From the NCBI GenBank assembly GCA_964632795.1, contig CAZWEZ010000002.1, positions 28,702 to 92,701 on the forward strand: a stretch of DNA of 64,000 nucleotides. The letters are read 5' to 3'. Shown here in pieces: positions 37,919 to 47,593 of this stretch (positions within the stretch are counted from its first letter, which is position 1; every line of letters begins with the position of its first letter). This DNA is from an uncultured Thalassospiraceae bacterium. GTDB lineage: Bacteria; Pseudomonadota; Alphaproteobacteria; Rhodospirillales; 2-02-FULL-58-16. Below the pieces are notes generated by a model that saw only the letters and a program-made list of their open reading frames with translations, had not been told where the DNA came from and made no database searches. A program made the translations under genes and the position numbers.

Positions 37919-38605
37919 CTAGCGGACCTCCCCGTCGCGCGGCGGTTCCTGGGCCCGGATGTCGGCGATCACCGTCTCGCCGGCGATCGCGCTCTGGCCG
38001 GGGACGACCAGCGCCGTCACCCCCTCGGGCAGGTAGACGTCGAGTCGGCTGCCGAAGCGGATCAGCCCGAAGCGCTCGCCGGCCTTGACCCGTTGGCCCT
38101 CGACGAGCGTGCACTTGATGCGCCGGGCGACCAGGCCGGCGATCTGGACGAAGGCGATGTCGGGGCCGTCGTCGGTGGTCAGGCGCACGCCCTGGCGCTC
38201 GTTGAACTCGCTGGCCTTGTCCAGCGAGGCGTTGAGGAACTTCCCCGGCCGGTAGGCCAGCCCGGAGACCGTGCCGTCGCAGGGGACGCGGTTGACGTGG
38301 ACGTTGAAGACGTTCATGAACACGCAGACCCGCGGCCGCGGGGCCTCGCCCATCCCCAGCTCGGGCGGCGGCGCGGCGTGGTCGACCAGCTGGACGACGC
38401 CGTCGGCCGGGCTGACGATCAGCCCCTGGCGGGACGGCGTGATTCGGTCGGGATCGCGGAAGAACCAGGCGCACCACAGCGTCACCACCACCCCGGCCCA
38501 GCCCGCCGGCTGCCAGGCCACGAACAGGCCGGCGGCAATCGCCGCGAACAACCCGATGAAGGGCCAGCCGGCGCGGTTGATCGGAATCAGCACGGTGTTC
38601 AGCAC
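37919..38605 (-). CDS. psd: Phosphatidylserine decarboxylase
   Basis: A 228-aa product. It has the family text FFRDPDR, SPADG and [10 protein letters not shown], and the self-cleavage region [10 protein letters not shown]. Confidence 0.9.
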   Translation of the reverse strand: MLNTVLIPINRAGWPFIGLFAAIAAGLFVAWQPAGWAGVVVTLWCAWFFRDPDRITPSRQGLIVSPADGVVQLVDHAAPPPELGMGEAPRPRVCVFMNVFNVHVNRVPCDGTVSGLAYRPGKFLNASLDKASEFNERQGVRLTTDDGPDIAFVQIAGLVARRIKCTLVEGQRVKAGERFGLIRFGSRLDVYLPEGVTALVVPGQSAIAGETVIADIRAQEPPRDGEVR

Positions 38606-38635
38606 GGTGTCATCCCTCTCCGCATGCCTTCGACC

Positions 38636-38904
38636 TAGTGTCCTGGTTCCTAAGTTGGTGGTGTTTAGGATCGCTTTTCCCGGCCTCCGGGTAGGAGGCG
38701 CCGCGCCGGCGATGCGGGTCCATCGGCAAGCGGCGCCGACGCCCTCCGGAGGCCGGGAAAAGCGATCCCGTGGGCGGCCATGCAGGCCCCTCGGACATCG
38801 TCGCGCGGCCCTTGTGATGGACCGCCATCACGGCGGACCGCGCTCCTAGCCGAGGGGTCTGCATGGCCGTCCTAAACACCACCAACTTAGGAACCAGGAC
38901 ACTA
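38636..38904. mobile_element. MITE-like element with 35-bp perfect terminal inverted repeats and internal hairpins
   Basis: TAGTGTCCTGGTTCCTAAGTTGGTGGTGTTTAGGA at 38636-38670 is the exact reverse complement of 38870-38904. The outer TA of each end could be a TA target duplication. An internal hairpin shares the core GATCGCTTTTCCCG-CCT with the element at 28291. It has no coding capacity. Confidence 0.65.
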
Positions 38905-39963
38905 ATTGGAGGCCGGAAGGGCGAAGACCTGTCCGGGGAAGATCAGGTCCGGGTCCTTGATCTGCTCGCGGTTGGCGTCGTAGATCACCGTGTACTGGAA
39001 GCCGGTGCCGTAGGCGCGCCGGGCCAGGCGCCACAGGCTGTTGCCCGGCTGGACGATGACGAAGGTCCCGGGACTCATCGCCGCCAACGGTACCGAGCGG
39101 GCGAACGGGATCACCACCCGGGCCAGCACCTTGCCGGCGTCGTCCACCTGATCGGCCCTCAGCGTGTACAGGCCGGGCTGGACGGGGGTCTCGGGGCTGA
39201 CGCTCCACACGCCGTCCTCGCCGCTCGTCGAGCGGCCGACGAAGCGGTTGTCGATGTAGAGCTGGACCATGGCCCCCGGCGGGGCGTGGCCGCTGATGCT
39301 CAGCCGCCCGGCGTCGTCGTAGCTCACCGTGTCCAGGGTCAGCCCCGGGCCGACGGGGCCGGCGGCGGTCGAGGACGGCGACGGGAACGACGGCGCGGCC
39401 AGCTCCGGGACCGTGGCCGACGGCTTCTGGAGCACGACCGCCGGGCCGGTGCCCTGGCGGGGGACCAGAAGGGCCAGCGCCTGGGTCGGCTTCGCCGCCT
39501 CCTGGCCGGCGATGTCCTTGCCCGGCTCGGGCACCACCAGCAGCACCTCGTTGGCCGAGTCCACCGGTTCGGCGCCCTCGCGCCGCATCTCCAGGGACAG
39601 CCGGCGGCTGCCCGGGGGCAACGGCTGGTCGGGGACGAAGACCCATTCGCCGCGGTCGTCGGCGGTGACCTGGCCGATCACCTTGTCGCCGTCCATGATC
39701 AGCACCGTGCTGCCGGGATCGGCCCGTCCGGCCATCACCGTGTCGCCCTTGGGGTTGACCCGGACCACGTCGAAGCTCGGCGTCACCGGGACCGGGGGCG
39801 CGGGTTCGGGTTTGGTGGCGGGCTCCTGGCGCGCGCCCTCGCTGGCCACTGCCTGTTGTTCGACGGGAGCCTTCTCCTCCTCCTGCCAGAGCAGGACGTT
39901 GAGGCCGACGGCGGCGGCGACGACGGCGGCGCCGATGGCGGCAATCAGCAGCGGTCGGTTCAC
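38902..39963 (-). CDS. LysM domain peptidoglycan-binding protein
   Basis: A 353-aa product with an N-terminal membrane anchor and a Pro-rich linker. The C-terminal LysM reads [49 protein letters not shown]. Its TAG stop is the last 3 nt of the MITE. Confidence 0.8.
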   Translation of the reverse strand: MNRPLLIAAIGAAVVAAAVGLNVLLWQEEEKAPVEQQAVASEGARQEPATKPEPAPPVPVTPSFDVVRVNPKGDTVMAGRADPGSTVLIMDGDKVIGQVTADDRGEWVFVPDQPLPPGSRRLSLEMRREGAEPVDSANEVLLVVPEPGKDIAGQEAAKPTQALALLVPRQGTGPAVVLQKPSATVPELAAPSFPSPSSTAAGPVGPGLTLDTVSYDDAGRLSISGHAPPGAMVQLYIDNRFVGRSTSGEDGVWSVSPETPVQPGLYTLRADQVDDAGKVLARVVIPFARSVPLAAMSPGTFVIVQPGNSLWRLARRAYGTGFQYTVIYDANREQIKDPDLIFPGQVFALPASN

Positions 39964-40140
39964 CTGTCCCCCCGCGGTGTCGTGAATTTGAATAAGCTGC
40001 TATGCGACGGCGCCTAGACTAATACGCCGGGGATGGCGGTGCAACGTCGTCGCGCCCCCGCCGCCAGGCGAGACAGTCGGTACTAAGCCGATTATAACGG
40101 GTTGCGCCCGCCATGCCGGGCGCCGGAGGGACGGCGGACG

Positions 40141-40725
40141 ATGACCGAAATCACCTCGCTGGGCGTTTTCTGCGGCTCGAGGACCGGCAACGATTCGGCC
40201 TGGGCCGAGGCCGCCGAACGGCTCGGTGAGGCGATCGCCGAACGCGGCATCCGTCTGGTCTACGGCGGCGGCGGCATCGGGCTGATGGGACTCCTCGCCG
40301 AGACCGTACTCGCCCGCGGCGGCCGGGTGGTCGGGGTGATCCCCGGCTTCCTGACCAAATACGAGATCGGCAACCCGCCCCTCAGCGAGCTGATCGTCGT
40401 CGACAGCATGCACGAGCGCAAACGGCGCATGTTCGAGCTGTCGGACGGCTTCGTGGTCCTGCCGGGCGGCCTGGGAACCCTGGACGAACTGTTCGAGGTC
40501 GTCACCTGGAAGCAGCTCCGGCTCCACGCCAAGCCGGTGGTGGCGGTCAACGTCCGGGGCTACTGGGAGCCCTTCCGAAGCCTCGTCGCGGCGACCGTCG
40601 CCGGCGGCTTCGCGCACCCGGCGATCGGCGAACTGGTGACCATGGTCGACGGGGTCGAGGAGGTCTTCGACGCCCTTGCCTCGGCGCCCGAGCCGCGGCT
40701 CGAGGTGCTGACCAGCCACCTGTAG
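40141..40725 (+). CDS. LOG family protein (TIGR00730, cytokinin riboside 5-prime-monophosphate phosphoribohydrolase-like)
   Basis: A 194-aa product from ATG 40141. It has the motifs VYGGGGIGLMG and PGGLGTLDELFE. Confidence 0.85.
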   Translation: MTEITSLGVFCGSRTGNDSAWAEAAERLGEAIAERGIRLVYGGGGIGLMGLLAETVLARGGRVVGVIPGFLTKYEIGNPPLSELIVVDSMHERKRRMFELSDGFVVLPGGLGTLDELFEVVTWKQLRLHAKPVVAVNVRGYWEPFRSLVAATVAGGFAHPAIGELVTMVDGVEEVFDALASAPEPRLEVLTSHL

Positions 40726-40747
40726 GGAGGTTCTTGCCCGCAAGCCC

Positions 40748-41056
40748 TCAAAATATCAGGATCACGACGCAGACGACCGCGAACAAATTGAAGTAAAATA
40801 GTATCCTGGCGAGATCCGAGGACTTTTCGCAACACGCGGCGATGATATCGCGTTCCCGTGCCAGGCTTTTTTCGTAACGGTTGCGGAGTTCGTTCCTGAC
40901 CATCAGCGGCAGGTCTTTCCCGTCCTCGATATCCCGCAGGGAAATACTGTCGCCGGTCTTGCCGCAGATCTCGAAGAGAACGGCGCCGGGCGTCTGATCG
41001 GCGAGGGCCGCCGTCGTCCTCAGAATATGAAGGTTTTCCTTGCTGTGGGTATCCAT
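40748..41056 (-). CDS. Hypothetical tail-anchored small protein
   Basis: A 102-aa ORF in a lower-GC patch, with a C-terminal hydrophobic segment ILFYFNLFAVVCVVILIF. I recognise no family. Confidence 0.4.
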   Translation of the reverse strand: MDTHSKENLHILRTTAALADQTPGAVLFEICGKTGDSISLRDIEDGKDLPLMVRNELRNRYEKSLARERDIIAACCEKSSDLARILFYFNLFAVVCVVILIF

Positions 41057-41199
41057 CTCGGCATCCGCGCCACGGTGGGCGTCCTCCCTTGGATATGCGG
41101 ATTCCCCCCCCGGTTTTCAATGTACGCCGGTGACCTCCGGCGGGTCCTGGAGAGCGTGCGGTCAACGGCCATGGAGGAGTGATCCACGGCCCCCGAGCG

Positions 41200-41343
41200 T
41201 CACTTGACGGCGAATTCCTTCCAGTCGCTTTTGCTGGTGCCCCAGAAGCCGTTGCTTCCTTCATCCTGCCCGTTCTTGGTCTCCGGCTGTTCCTTCGCCG
41301 GTCCGGGGCCGAGGTCCTTCTTCGTGGTATCGGTGGTGTTCAT
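41200..41343 (-). CDS. Possible 47-aa hydrophilic protein (below the track length cut-off)
   Basis: The ATG is preceded by GGAGA with an 8-nt spacer. The product is MNTTDTTKKDLGPGPAKEQPETKNGQDEGSNGFWGTSKSDWKEFAVK. This call is speculative. Confidence 0.3.
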   Translation of the reverse strand: MNTTDTTKKDLGPGPAKEQPETKNGQDEGSNGFWGTSKSDWKEFAVK

Positions 41344-41767
41344 GTCCGTTGTCTCCAACATCCGGAAGTGCTTGAAAAGTATTCCCAGGGAACGTTCGGT
41401 AGTGATGGCTCATTCTAAAGCCGTGTCCTGGTATGCTATATATTGGTATAAGTATTCACCATGTCCAGGGATCAGAGGGGGGGTGAACAATTTCACCGAC
41501 ATGTATTCTTTTGCGCCCCTGTCGACCATTAATTACCACCTTGTAGACCAACAATTACCTTCTTTGGGGGGTACCTTTTGTTACCTGTTTACATTTCACG
41601 ATGTTTCGCCGCCGATCGGCCCTACTTTCCCGTTCGATGTCTTCCCGACCTTGCCAAATCGGGCGGCGGTGCCTATGGTCCCGCCCGTCCGGGCGGCTCC
41701 CTCGCCTTCCGGGACGCACCCCGGCGGACGCCCATCGTCTTAACCCTGGTAGCCCGGAGGCACACCA

Positions 41768-42982
41768 ATGGCCAAGATCAAGGTCGCGACCCCGGTCGTC
41801 GAGATCGACGGCGACGAAATGACCCGCATCATCTGGGCGTTCATCAAGGACAAGCTGATCCTGCCTTATTTGGATATCGACCTCGCCTACTATGACCTCT
41901 CCATCGAGAGCCGGGACGCCAGCGACGACCAGATCACCGTCGACGCCGCCGAGGCGATCAAGACCCACGGCGTCGGCATCAAGTGCGCCACCATCACCCC
42001 CGACGAGGCACGGGTCGAGGAGTTCGGCCTCAAGCAGATGTGGCGCTCGCCCAACGGCACCATCCGCAACATCATCGGCGGCACCATCTTCCGCCAGCCG
42101 ATCATCTGCAACAACGTGCCCCGCCTGGTGCCGGGCTGGACCAAGCCGATCGTCATCGGCCGTCACGCCTTCGGCGACCAGTACCGGGCGACCGATTTCG
42201 TGGTTCCCGGAAAGGGCCGCCTGACCATCAAGTTCGAGCCCGCGGACGGCGGCGAGACCATCGAGCGCGAGGTCTTCGACTTCCCCGGCGGCGGCGTCGC
42301 GATGTCGATGTTCAACCTGGACGACTCGATCCGCGGCTTCGCCCGGGCGAGCATGAACTACGGGCTGAACCTGGGCTGGCCGCTGTTCCTGTCGACCAAG
42401 AACACCATCCTCAAGTTCTACGACGGCCGCTTCAAGGACCTCTTCCAGGAGGTCTTCGAGGCCGAGTTCAAGGACCGCTTCGAGGCCGCCGGCATCACCT
42501 ACGAGCACCGCCTGATCGACGACATGGTGGCCCAGTGCCTGAAGGCCAGCGGCGGCTTCGTGTGGGCGTGCAAGAACTACGACGGCGACGTCCAGTCGGA
42601 CACCGTGGCCCAGGGCTTCGGCTCGCTGGGGCTGATGTCCTCGGTGCTGTTGACGCCCGACGGCGGGACGGTGGAGGCCGAGGCGGCGCACGGCACGGTG
42701 ACCCGCCACTACCGCCAGCACCAGCAGGGCAAGGAGACCTCGACCAACCCCATCGCCTCGATCTTCGCCTGGACCCGGGGCCTGTGGTACCGGGGCAAGT
42801 TCGACCACACCCCCGACCTCCAGGGCTTCGCCGAAACGGTGGAGAAGGTGTGCATCGCGACCGTCGAGAGCGGCGCCATGACCAAGGACCTGGCGCTGCT
42901 GATCGGCCCCGACCAGCCCTGGCTGACCACCCAGCAGTTCCTCGACAAGGTCGACGGCAACCTCGAACAGGCGCTGGGCTGA
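41768..42982 (+). CDS. icd: NADP-dependent isocitrate dehydrogenase (dimeric, eukaryote-like type)
   Basis: A 404-aa product. [40 protein letters not shown] and GRHAFGDQY are all hallmark blocks of this IDH class. Confidence 0.9.
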   Translation: MAKIKVATPVVEIDGDEMTRIIWAFIKDKLILPYLDIDLAYYDLSIESRDASDDQITVDAAEAIKTHGVGIKCATITPDEARVEEFGLKQMWRSPNGTIRNIIGGTIFRQPIICNNVPRLVPGWTKPIVIGRHAFGDQYRATDFVVPGKGRLTIKFEPADGGETIEREVFDFPGGGVAMSMFNLDDSIRGFARASMNYGLNLGWPLFLSTKNTILKFYDGRFKDLFQEVFEAEFKDRFEAAGITYEHRLIDDMVAQCLKASGGFVWACKNYDGDVQSDTVAQGFGSLGLMSSVLLTPDGGTVEAEAAHGTVTRHYRQHQQGKETSTNPIASIFAWTRGLWYRGKFDHTPDLQGFAETVEKVCIATVESGAMTKDLALLIGPDQPWLTTQQFLDKVDGNLEQALG

Positions 42983-43092
42983 TACCGGCGACTTTCTTCT
43001 TCCACCTTGACGGACGCCGCCGGTTGGCATAAAAACCGCCGTTCCGGGGCCGTATTGACGGCCCTGATGTTTCGCTTCGCGAGGATCAGGCC

Positions 43093-43383
43093 ATGGCCAG
43101 ACGCTGCGCCCTCACCGGCAAGGGGGTCCTGACCGGCAACAACGTCAGTCACGCCCACAACAAGACCCGCCGCCGGTTCCTCCCCAACCTCCAGGAGGTG
43201 TCGGTCCTCAGCGACGCCCTGGGCCTCTCGGTGCGCCTCAGGATCAGCACCCACGCGCTGCGCACCATCGAGCACAAGGGCGGCCTGGACGCCTACCTGC
43301 TGGGCACCCGGAACTCCAAGCTGCCCCCCGAGGCGTTGCGCCTCAAGCGTCGCATCCGCAAGGCCCAACCGGCGAGCCCGTAG
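43093..43383 (+). CDS. rpmB: 50S ribosomal protein L28
   Basis: [34 protein letters not shown] is the canonical L28 N-terminus. Confidence 0.9.
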   Translation: MARRCALTGKGVLTGNNVSHAHNKTRRRFLPNLQEVSVLSDALGLSVRLRISTHALRTIEHKGGLDAYLLGTRNSKLPPEALRLKRRIRKAQPASP

Positions 43384-43578
43384 ATTAATGGTGACTGCAG
43401 AAAATGGTGACTGTATATAGTTTTTGATAGGAAATTAAATGGTGACTGAATTAAATGGTGACTGTATATAGTTTTTGATAATAAAAACTATATACAGTCA
43501 CCATTTAATTCAGTCACCATTTAATTTCCTATCAAAAACTATATACAGTCACCATTTTCTGCAGTCACCATTAATCTA
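43381..43578. repeat. Perfect 198-bp AT-rich palindrome (96-bp arms, 6-nt centre GATAAT)
   Basis: I checked the arms (43381-43476 and 43483-43578) base by base as exact reverse complements. Each arm is two roughly 45-bp direct repeats and carries four copies of AATGGTGACTG (43387, 43403, 43438, 43454). I counted 28 G+C in the 96 nt of one arm. Confidence 0.9.
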
Positions 43579-43582
43579 CGGG

Positions 43583-44560
43583 CTACCTCAACTCGAACAT
43601 CATCAGCAGGGTCCGCTGGGCGAAGCTGAAGTTGTCGTCGGAAACCAGGTAGAGCAGGGTTTCGCCGTCGGCTCCCCGACGGGCGTCGATGCCCTCGAAG
43701 TTGGCGACGTTCAGCGGCGCCTTGATCTCGGCGCGCACCCGGCCCTCGAGCCGCGCCCCGGGGACCACCGCCTCATGGTCGACGCGGACCAGCCGGGCGG
43801 CGACGCCCTCGAACAGCGAGTAGCGGCGCATCAGCACCATCACGTCGCCGCCGGGCAGGACGGTGGCGCCGGTCGGCTGGAAGCGGCCGTCGGTGGCCAG
43901 GGTCAGCATCGACCAGCCGCCCTCGCCGCCGACCCAGCCGACCATCGCGTCGCCCTCGCCGAGGCGCTCGGAGAAGGCCAGCAGGCGGCCGTCGTCGAGC
44001 CGGGCCAGGGCCTCGATGCCGCCGTTCCTGGGCGCCTTGTCCAGTCCCTCGGGCGGCGGCAAGGGGACCGCCACCGGATCCCCCGGCCGGTAGCGCCACA
44101 GCCGGTGGCGGCGCTCGAAGGCGACCACGAAGCCGCCCCCGGGGTCGCCGGCCATGGCCTCGGCGTCGCTGTTCTTCTTGCCCCTCAGCGCCATCCCGTC
44201 GAGGTCGGTCAGCGGGGCGAGGGAGGCCTCGCGCAGCCCGGCCAGGTTTCCCGCCGGGTCGTAGACCAGCCGGGCGGTGAGGCGGTATCCCCTGTCCGAC
44301 AGCGCGGTCAGGCGGCCGCCGTCGGCGCTGACGGCCAGCGCCGACAGGCCCCCGAACCGGGAGTCCGGCGAGCTCAGGACCAGCCCCCCCCGGTAGCGCA
44401 GGGCGCCGAAGACCGTCTGCCGGGGGGCTTCGGGGTCGAAGGGAAGCGGGGCGGCGTCGACCTCGATGGTCCCGGCGCCGGCCGGCGGCGCGGCCAGCAC
44501 CGTGAAGGCGGCCAGCGCCAGGGCCAGAAGGGGGACCGCCAAATTGAAACTTTTCATCAC
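43583..44560 (-). CDS. Secreted esterase-like-activity-of-phytase family protein
   Basis: A 325-aa product with the signal peptide MMKSFNLAVPLLALALAAFTVLAAPPAGA. SRFGGLSALAVS and SDDNFS blocks match my memory of the family. Confidence 0.7.
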   Translation of the reverse strand: MMKSFNLAVPLLALALAAFTVLAAPPAGAGTIEVDAAPLPFDPEAPRQTVFGALRYRGGLVLSSPDSRFGGLSALAVSADGGRLTALSDRGYRLTARLVYDPAGNLAGLREASLAPLTDLDGMALRGKKNSDAEAMAGDPGGGFVVAFERRHRLWRYRPGDPVAVPLPPPEGLDKAPRNGGIEALARLDDGRLLAFSERLGEGDAMVGWVGGEGGWSMLTLATDGRFQPTGATVLPGGDVMVLMRRYSLFEGVAARLVRVDHEAVVPGARLEGRVRAEIKAPLNVANFEGIDARRGADGETLLYLVSDDNFSFAQRTLLMMFELR

Positions 44561-44712
44561 CCGATGCCGTACCTACCCACATAATACCAAGGAGCACGTC
44601 ATATCACGTACCGGGAACACCGGCGAGGTCGGCGAAGCATTGGTCGTGCTTGTTCTTGTCCGACATCTCCTCGCAATTGCCTGGGAAATCGATAAGGGGG
44701 TATAGTCCCCGG

Positions 44713-45573
44713 ATGACCCTGGAACGCGACCCCGCCGCCGGAACCCCCGATCTGGCCGATCACTTCATCGAGTGCTGCGGGCTCGACCGCCACCTGACCC
44801 TGCCCGACGAGAACCGCTACGTGATCAGCGACGACTACAGCACCGGCCGCCTCAGCGAGCCGGTCTCGACCTCGTTCGCCTCGATCTACGCCAAGGACGC
44901 CCTGGTCGCCCAGGCGGCGGTGATTCCCCTGGGCCGGACGGCCAACGGCCTGCCGCTGTCGAAGATCGCCAGGTTCGAGGAGCTGTTCGAGCTCATCGAG
45001 CGCACGGCGCTCAGCGGCGAGGTCCGCTATTCGGCCAAGACGCTGCTCGACAGCGGCTTCAGCCGGGCCAAGACGAGGGCCGTCGAGGCCGATCTGCTGG
45101 CCAAGCTGAGCCCGGCACGGCGGCGCTACCGGGTGTTCCTGGAGGTGGTCCGCCAGTTCATGGAAAAGAAGGTCTCGCCGGGCGCCTTCCAGGACGAGTT
45201 CCTGGAGTTCACCCGGGCGGTGGCCGGGCGGCTCGACTTCGGCATCTACAGCTTCTGCCTCGACCGCATCTTCCTCAACCAGCGGATCGACCTGGAGATC
45301 AAGCAGTTCATGGTCGAGGAGATCGTCGACTATCCGCCGCTGATCCGCAAGGAGCTGTTGAGCAACCTGATGGCCGCCCCCGGCCAGGGCTCCGAGTTGG
45401 TCCGCTTCGCCACCCAGACCGCGATCCGGGGACTGAGCCGCCGGGCGCTGACCGACATCTACCTGCTGACCTCCCTCAAGGTGTCCCACCACACCAGCGA
45501 GGAATCCGAACCCACCCTGATGCGCACGATCGAGGCCAAGGTCCGCGACCAGGCCGGCGCCATCCTCATCTGA
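44713..45573 (+). CDS. Hypothetical protein
   Basis: A 286-aa product from ATG 44713 within track ORF 44650..45573. The composition is protein-like and helical, but I recognise no family. Confidence 0.5.
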   Translation: MTLERDPAAGTPDLADHFIECCGLDRHLTLPDENRYVISDDYSTGRLSEPVSTSFASIYAKDALVAQAAVIPLGRTANGLPLSKIARFEELFELIERTALSGEVRYSAKTLLDSGFSRAKTRAVEADLLAKLSPARRRYRVFLEVVRQFMEKKVSPGAFQDEFLEFTRAVAGRLDFGIYSFCLDRIFLNQRIDLEIKQFMVEEIVDYPPLIRKELLSNLMAAPGQGSELVRFATQTAIRGLSRRALTDIYLLTSLKVSHHTSEESEPTLMRTIEAKVRDQAGAILI

Positions 45574-45595
45574 GGGCGAGGGAAAGAACACCCCC

Positions 45596-46582
45596 ATGGC
45601 GAGCGCCAGGAAGAAGGTGTGGGTGGGGTTCGATCTCGGCGGCACCAAGATGCTGGCCACGGCGTTTGACGGTTCCTTCAAGGCGCTGGGCCGCAAGCGG
45701 CGCAAGACCAAGGCCAGCAAAGGCCTCGAGGCCGGCCTGGAGCGGGTCGTCGGGACCATCCGCGGGGCGCTGGACGGGGCCGCCGTCGCCCCCGACCGAA
45801 TCGCCGGCATCGGCATCGGCTGCCCGGGCCCCGTCGACATGGAGCGCGGCGTGGTCCTCGAGACCCCCAGCCTGGGCTGGAAGAAGGTGGGGGTGAAGGC
45901 GGCCCTCGAAGAGGCCTTCGGCTGCCCGGTGGCGGTGGCCAACGACGTCGATCTCGGGGTCTACGGCGAATACCGGCGCGGCGCGGCGCGCGGCGCGCGG
46001 TGCGTGGTCGGCGCCTTTCCGGGCACCGGGATCGGCGGCGGCTGCGTCTACCAGGGACGGATATTCCACGGCAAGGCCGCCTCGTGCATGGAGATCGGCC
46101 ATATCCCGGTGGCCGTCGACGGGCCGCTGTGCGGCTGCGGCCGGCGCGGCTGCCTGGAGACCTACGCCGGCCGCCTGGCGATCGCCGCCGCCGCCGCCAC
46201 CGCCGTCCAGCGGGGCCAGGCGCCCCACCTCCTGAGGCTGGCCGGCACCGACCCGGCGGACATCCGTAGCGGCGCCCTGGCCGCCGCCGTCAAGGCCGGC
46301 GACCTGGCGGTCGAGCGGATCGTGCGCGACGCCGCCTGGCGCCTGGGATGGGCGCTGGCCGGGATCGTCAACCTGATGGCCCCGGACGTGGTGCTGCTCG
46401 GCGGCGGGCTGGTCGAGGCGATGCCCGAGCTGTACCGCGGCGAGGTCGAGCGCTCGCTCGAGGACCGGGTCATGCCGTCGTACCGCGACAGCTTCCGCAT
46501 CGCCATCGCCGATCTCGGCGACGAGGCCACGGTCACCGGCGCCGCCGCCTGGGTCCGCCGGACCGTCGAAGGGGACGACTAA
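45596..46582 (+). CDS. ROK family sugar kinase/regulator
   Basis: Has GFDLGGTK at the N-terminus and the ROK zinc motif GHIPVAVDGPLCGCGRRGCLETY. Confidence 0.85.
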   Translation: MASARKKVWVGFDLGGTKMLATAFDGSFKALGRKRRKTKASKGLEAGLERVVGTIRGALDGAAVAPDRIAGIGIGCPGPVDMERGVVLETPSLGWKKVGVKAALEEAFGCPVAVANDVDLGVYGEYRRGAARGARCVVGAFPGTGIGGGCVYQGRIFHGKAASCMEIGHIPVAVDGPLCGCGRRGCLETYAGRLAIAAAAATAVQRGQAPHLLRLAGTDPADIRSGALAAAVKAGDLAVERIVRDAAWRLGWALAGIVNLMAPDVVLLGGGLVEAMPELYRGEVERSLEDRVMPSYRDSFRIAIADLGDEATVTGAAAWVRRTVEGDD

Positions 46583-46601
46583 CGAAGGAGAACCCGCCGC
46601 C

Positions 46602-47348
46602 ATGCGACTTCATCTTTGCACCTGGCCCGAGGTCGAGGCCTACCTGGGCCGTTCCACCGGCATCGTGGTTCCCATCGGCTCGACCGAACAGCACGGACCG
46701 ACCGGCCCCATCGGCACCGACGCGATATGCGCCGAGGCGGTGGCGGTGGGGGTCGGCGAGCGCATCGGGGCCCTGGTCGCGCCGACCATCGCCGTCGGCA
46801 TGGCGGTCCACCACATGGCGTTTCCGGGCTCGATGACGCTCAAGCCCTCGACCCTGATCGCGGTGATCGGCGACTGCGTGAGGGGTCTGGCCAGCCACGG
46901 CTTCCGGCGGTTCCTGTTGGTCAACGGCCACGGCGGCAACAACGCCAGCATCCAGGCCGCGTTCTACGAGATCCACGCCGAGGAGGGGCGCGACGAGGCC
47001 GGGCGGCCCTTCGACCTGCGGCTCAAGTCCGTCAACTGGTACCATGGAGAGAAGGTGGCGGCGCTGGGCAAGGAGCTGTTCGGGGACGACGAAGGCGACC
47101 ACGCCACGCCCTCGGAAATCGCCGTCGTCCAGCATCTCCATCCCCAAACCGCCGGCCGCGGCGAATCAACGCCGCAGCGGGCGCCCGACGGCGACTTCCA
47201 CGGCCCCCTCGATTTCCGCCGCCGCTTCCCCGACGGCCGCATCGGCTCGCGCCCGGCCCTGGCCACCCCCGCCCACGGCGCCCGCCTGCTGGCCACCGCC
47301 ATTGAGGAGATGGTGGCGATTTATGAAACCTTCCTCGGCGAGGAATAG
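46602..47348 (+). CDS. Creatininase family amidohydrolase
   Basis: A 248-aa product. IGSTEQHGP, VNGHGGN and DHATPSE are typical of the family. Confidence 0.8.
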   Translation: MRLHLCTWPEVEAYLGRSTGIVVPIGSTEQHGPTGPIGTDAICAEAVAVGVGERIGALVAPTIAVGMAVHHMAFPGSMTLKPSTLIAVIGDCVRGLASHGFRRFLLVNGHGGNNASIQAAFYEIHAEEGRDEAGRPFDLRLKSVNWYHGEKVAALGKELFGDDEGDHATPSEIAVVQHLHPQTAGRGESTPQRAPDGDFHGPLDFRRRFPDGRIGSRPALATPAHGARLLATAIEEMVAIYETFLGEE

Positions 47349-47508
47349 GCTGCCGGGGCAGCGGCCGGACGCTCCGCCGAGCGGTGGAGGGCGATTAAGG
47401 TCACCGCCTTCGAACGCCGCCAGATGGCCCAACTCAGAGAGGAACTGGATCAGGAATACGAGGCCCGTTTCCTGCCTCCCAATACAGGGTTGGAGGGCTG
47501 TTTGTTCG

Positions 47509-47553
47509 GTTGCGGGGGAAGGATTTGAACCTCCGGGCTTCAGGTTATGAGCC
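47509..47553 (-). repeat. 45-nt copy of the 3-prime half of tRNA-Met (candidate att remnant)
   Basis: It matches 41 of 45 nt of 49792-49836 (anticodon loop, variable loop, T arm and 3-prime acceptor strand). No D arm or 5-prime acceptor strand lies upstream, so it is not a functional tRNA. Confidence 0.65.
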
Positions 47554-47593
47554 CGTTGTGTGGCTCGCATTGGCCGAGACCGACATTCACTGA

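Noticed and set aside
47349-47508. A possible small ORF or gene fragment (AIKVTAFERRQMAQLREELDQEYEARF) between the creatininase gene and the half-tRNA.
   Set aside because: The only in-frame start in the open frame after the upstream TAG is a late internal ATG, there is no recognisable family, and the frame runs into the tRNA fragment. It is too weak to call.
47509-47553. A second tRNA-Met gene.
   Set aside because: Only the anticodon loop to the 3-prime acceptor strand is present. The upstream sequence cannot form the D arm or the 5-prime acceptor strand. It is better explained as the displaced half-tRNA att repeat of an integrated island.
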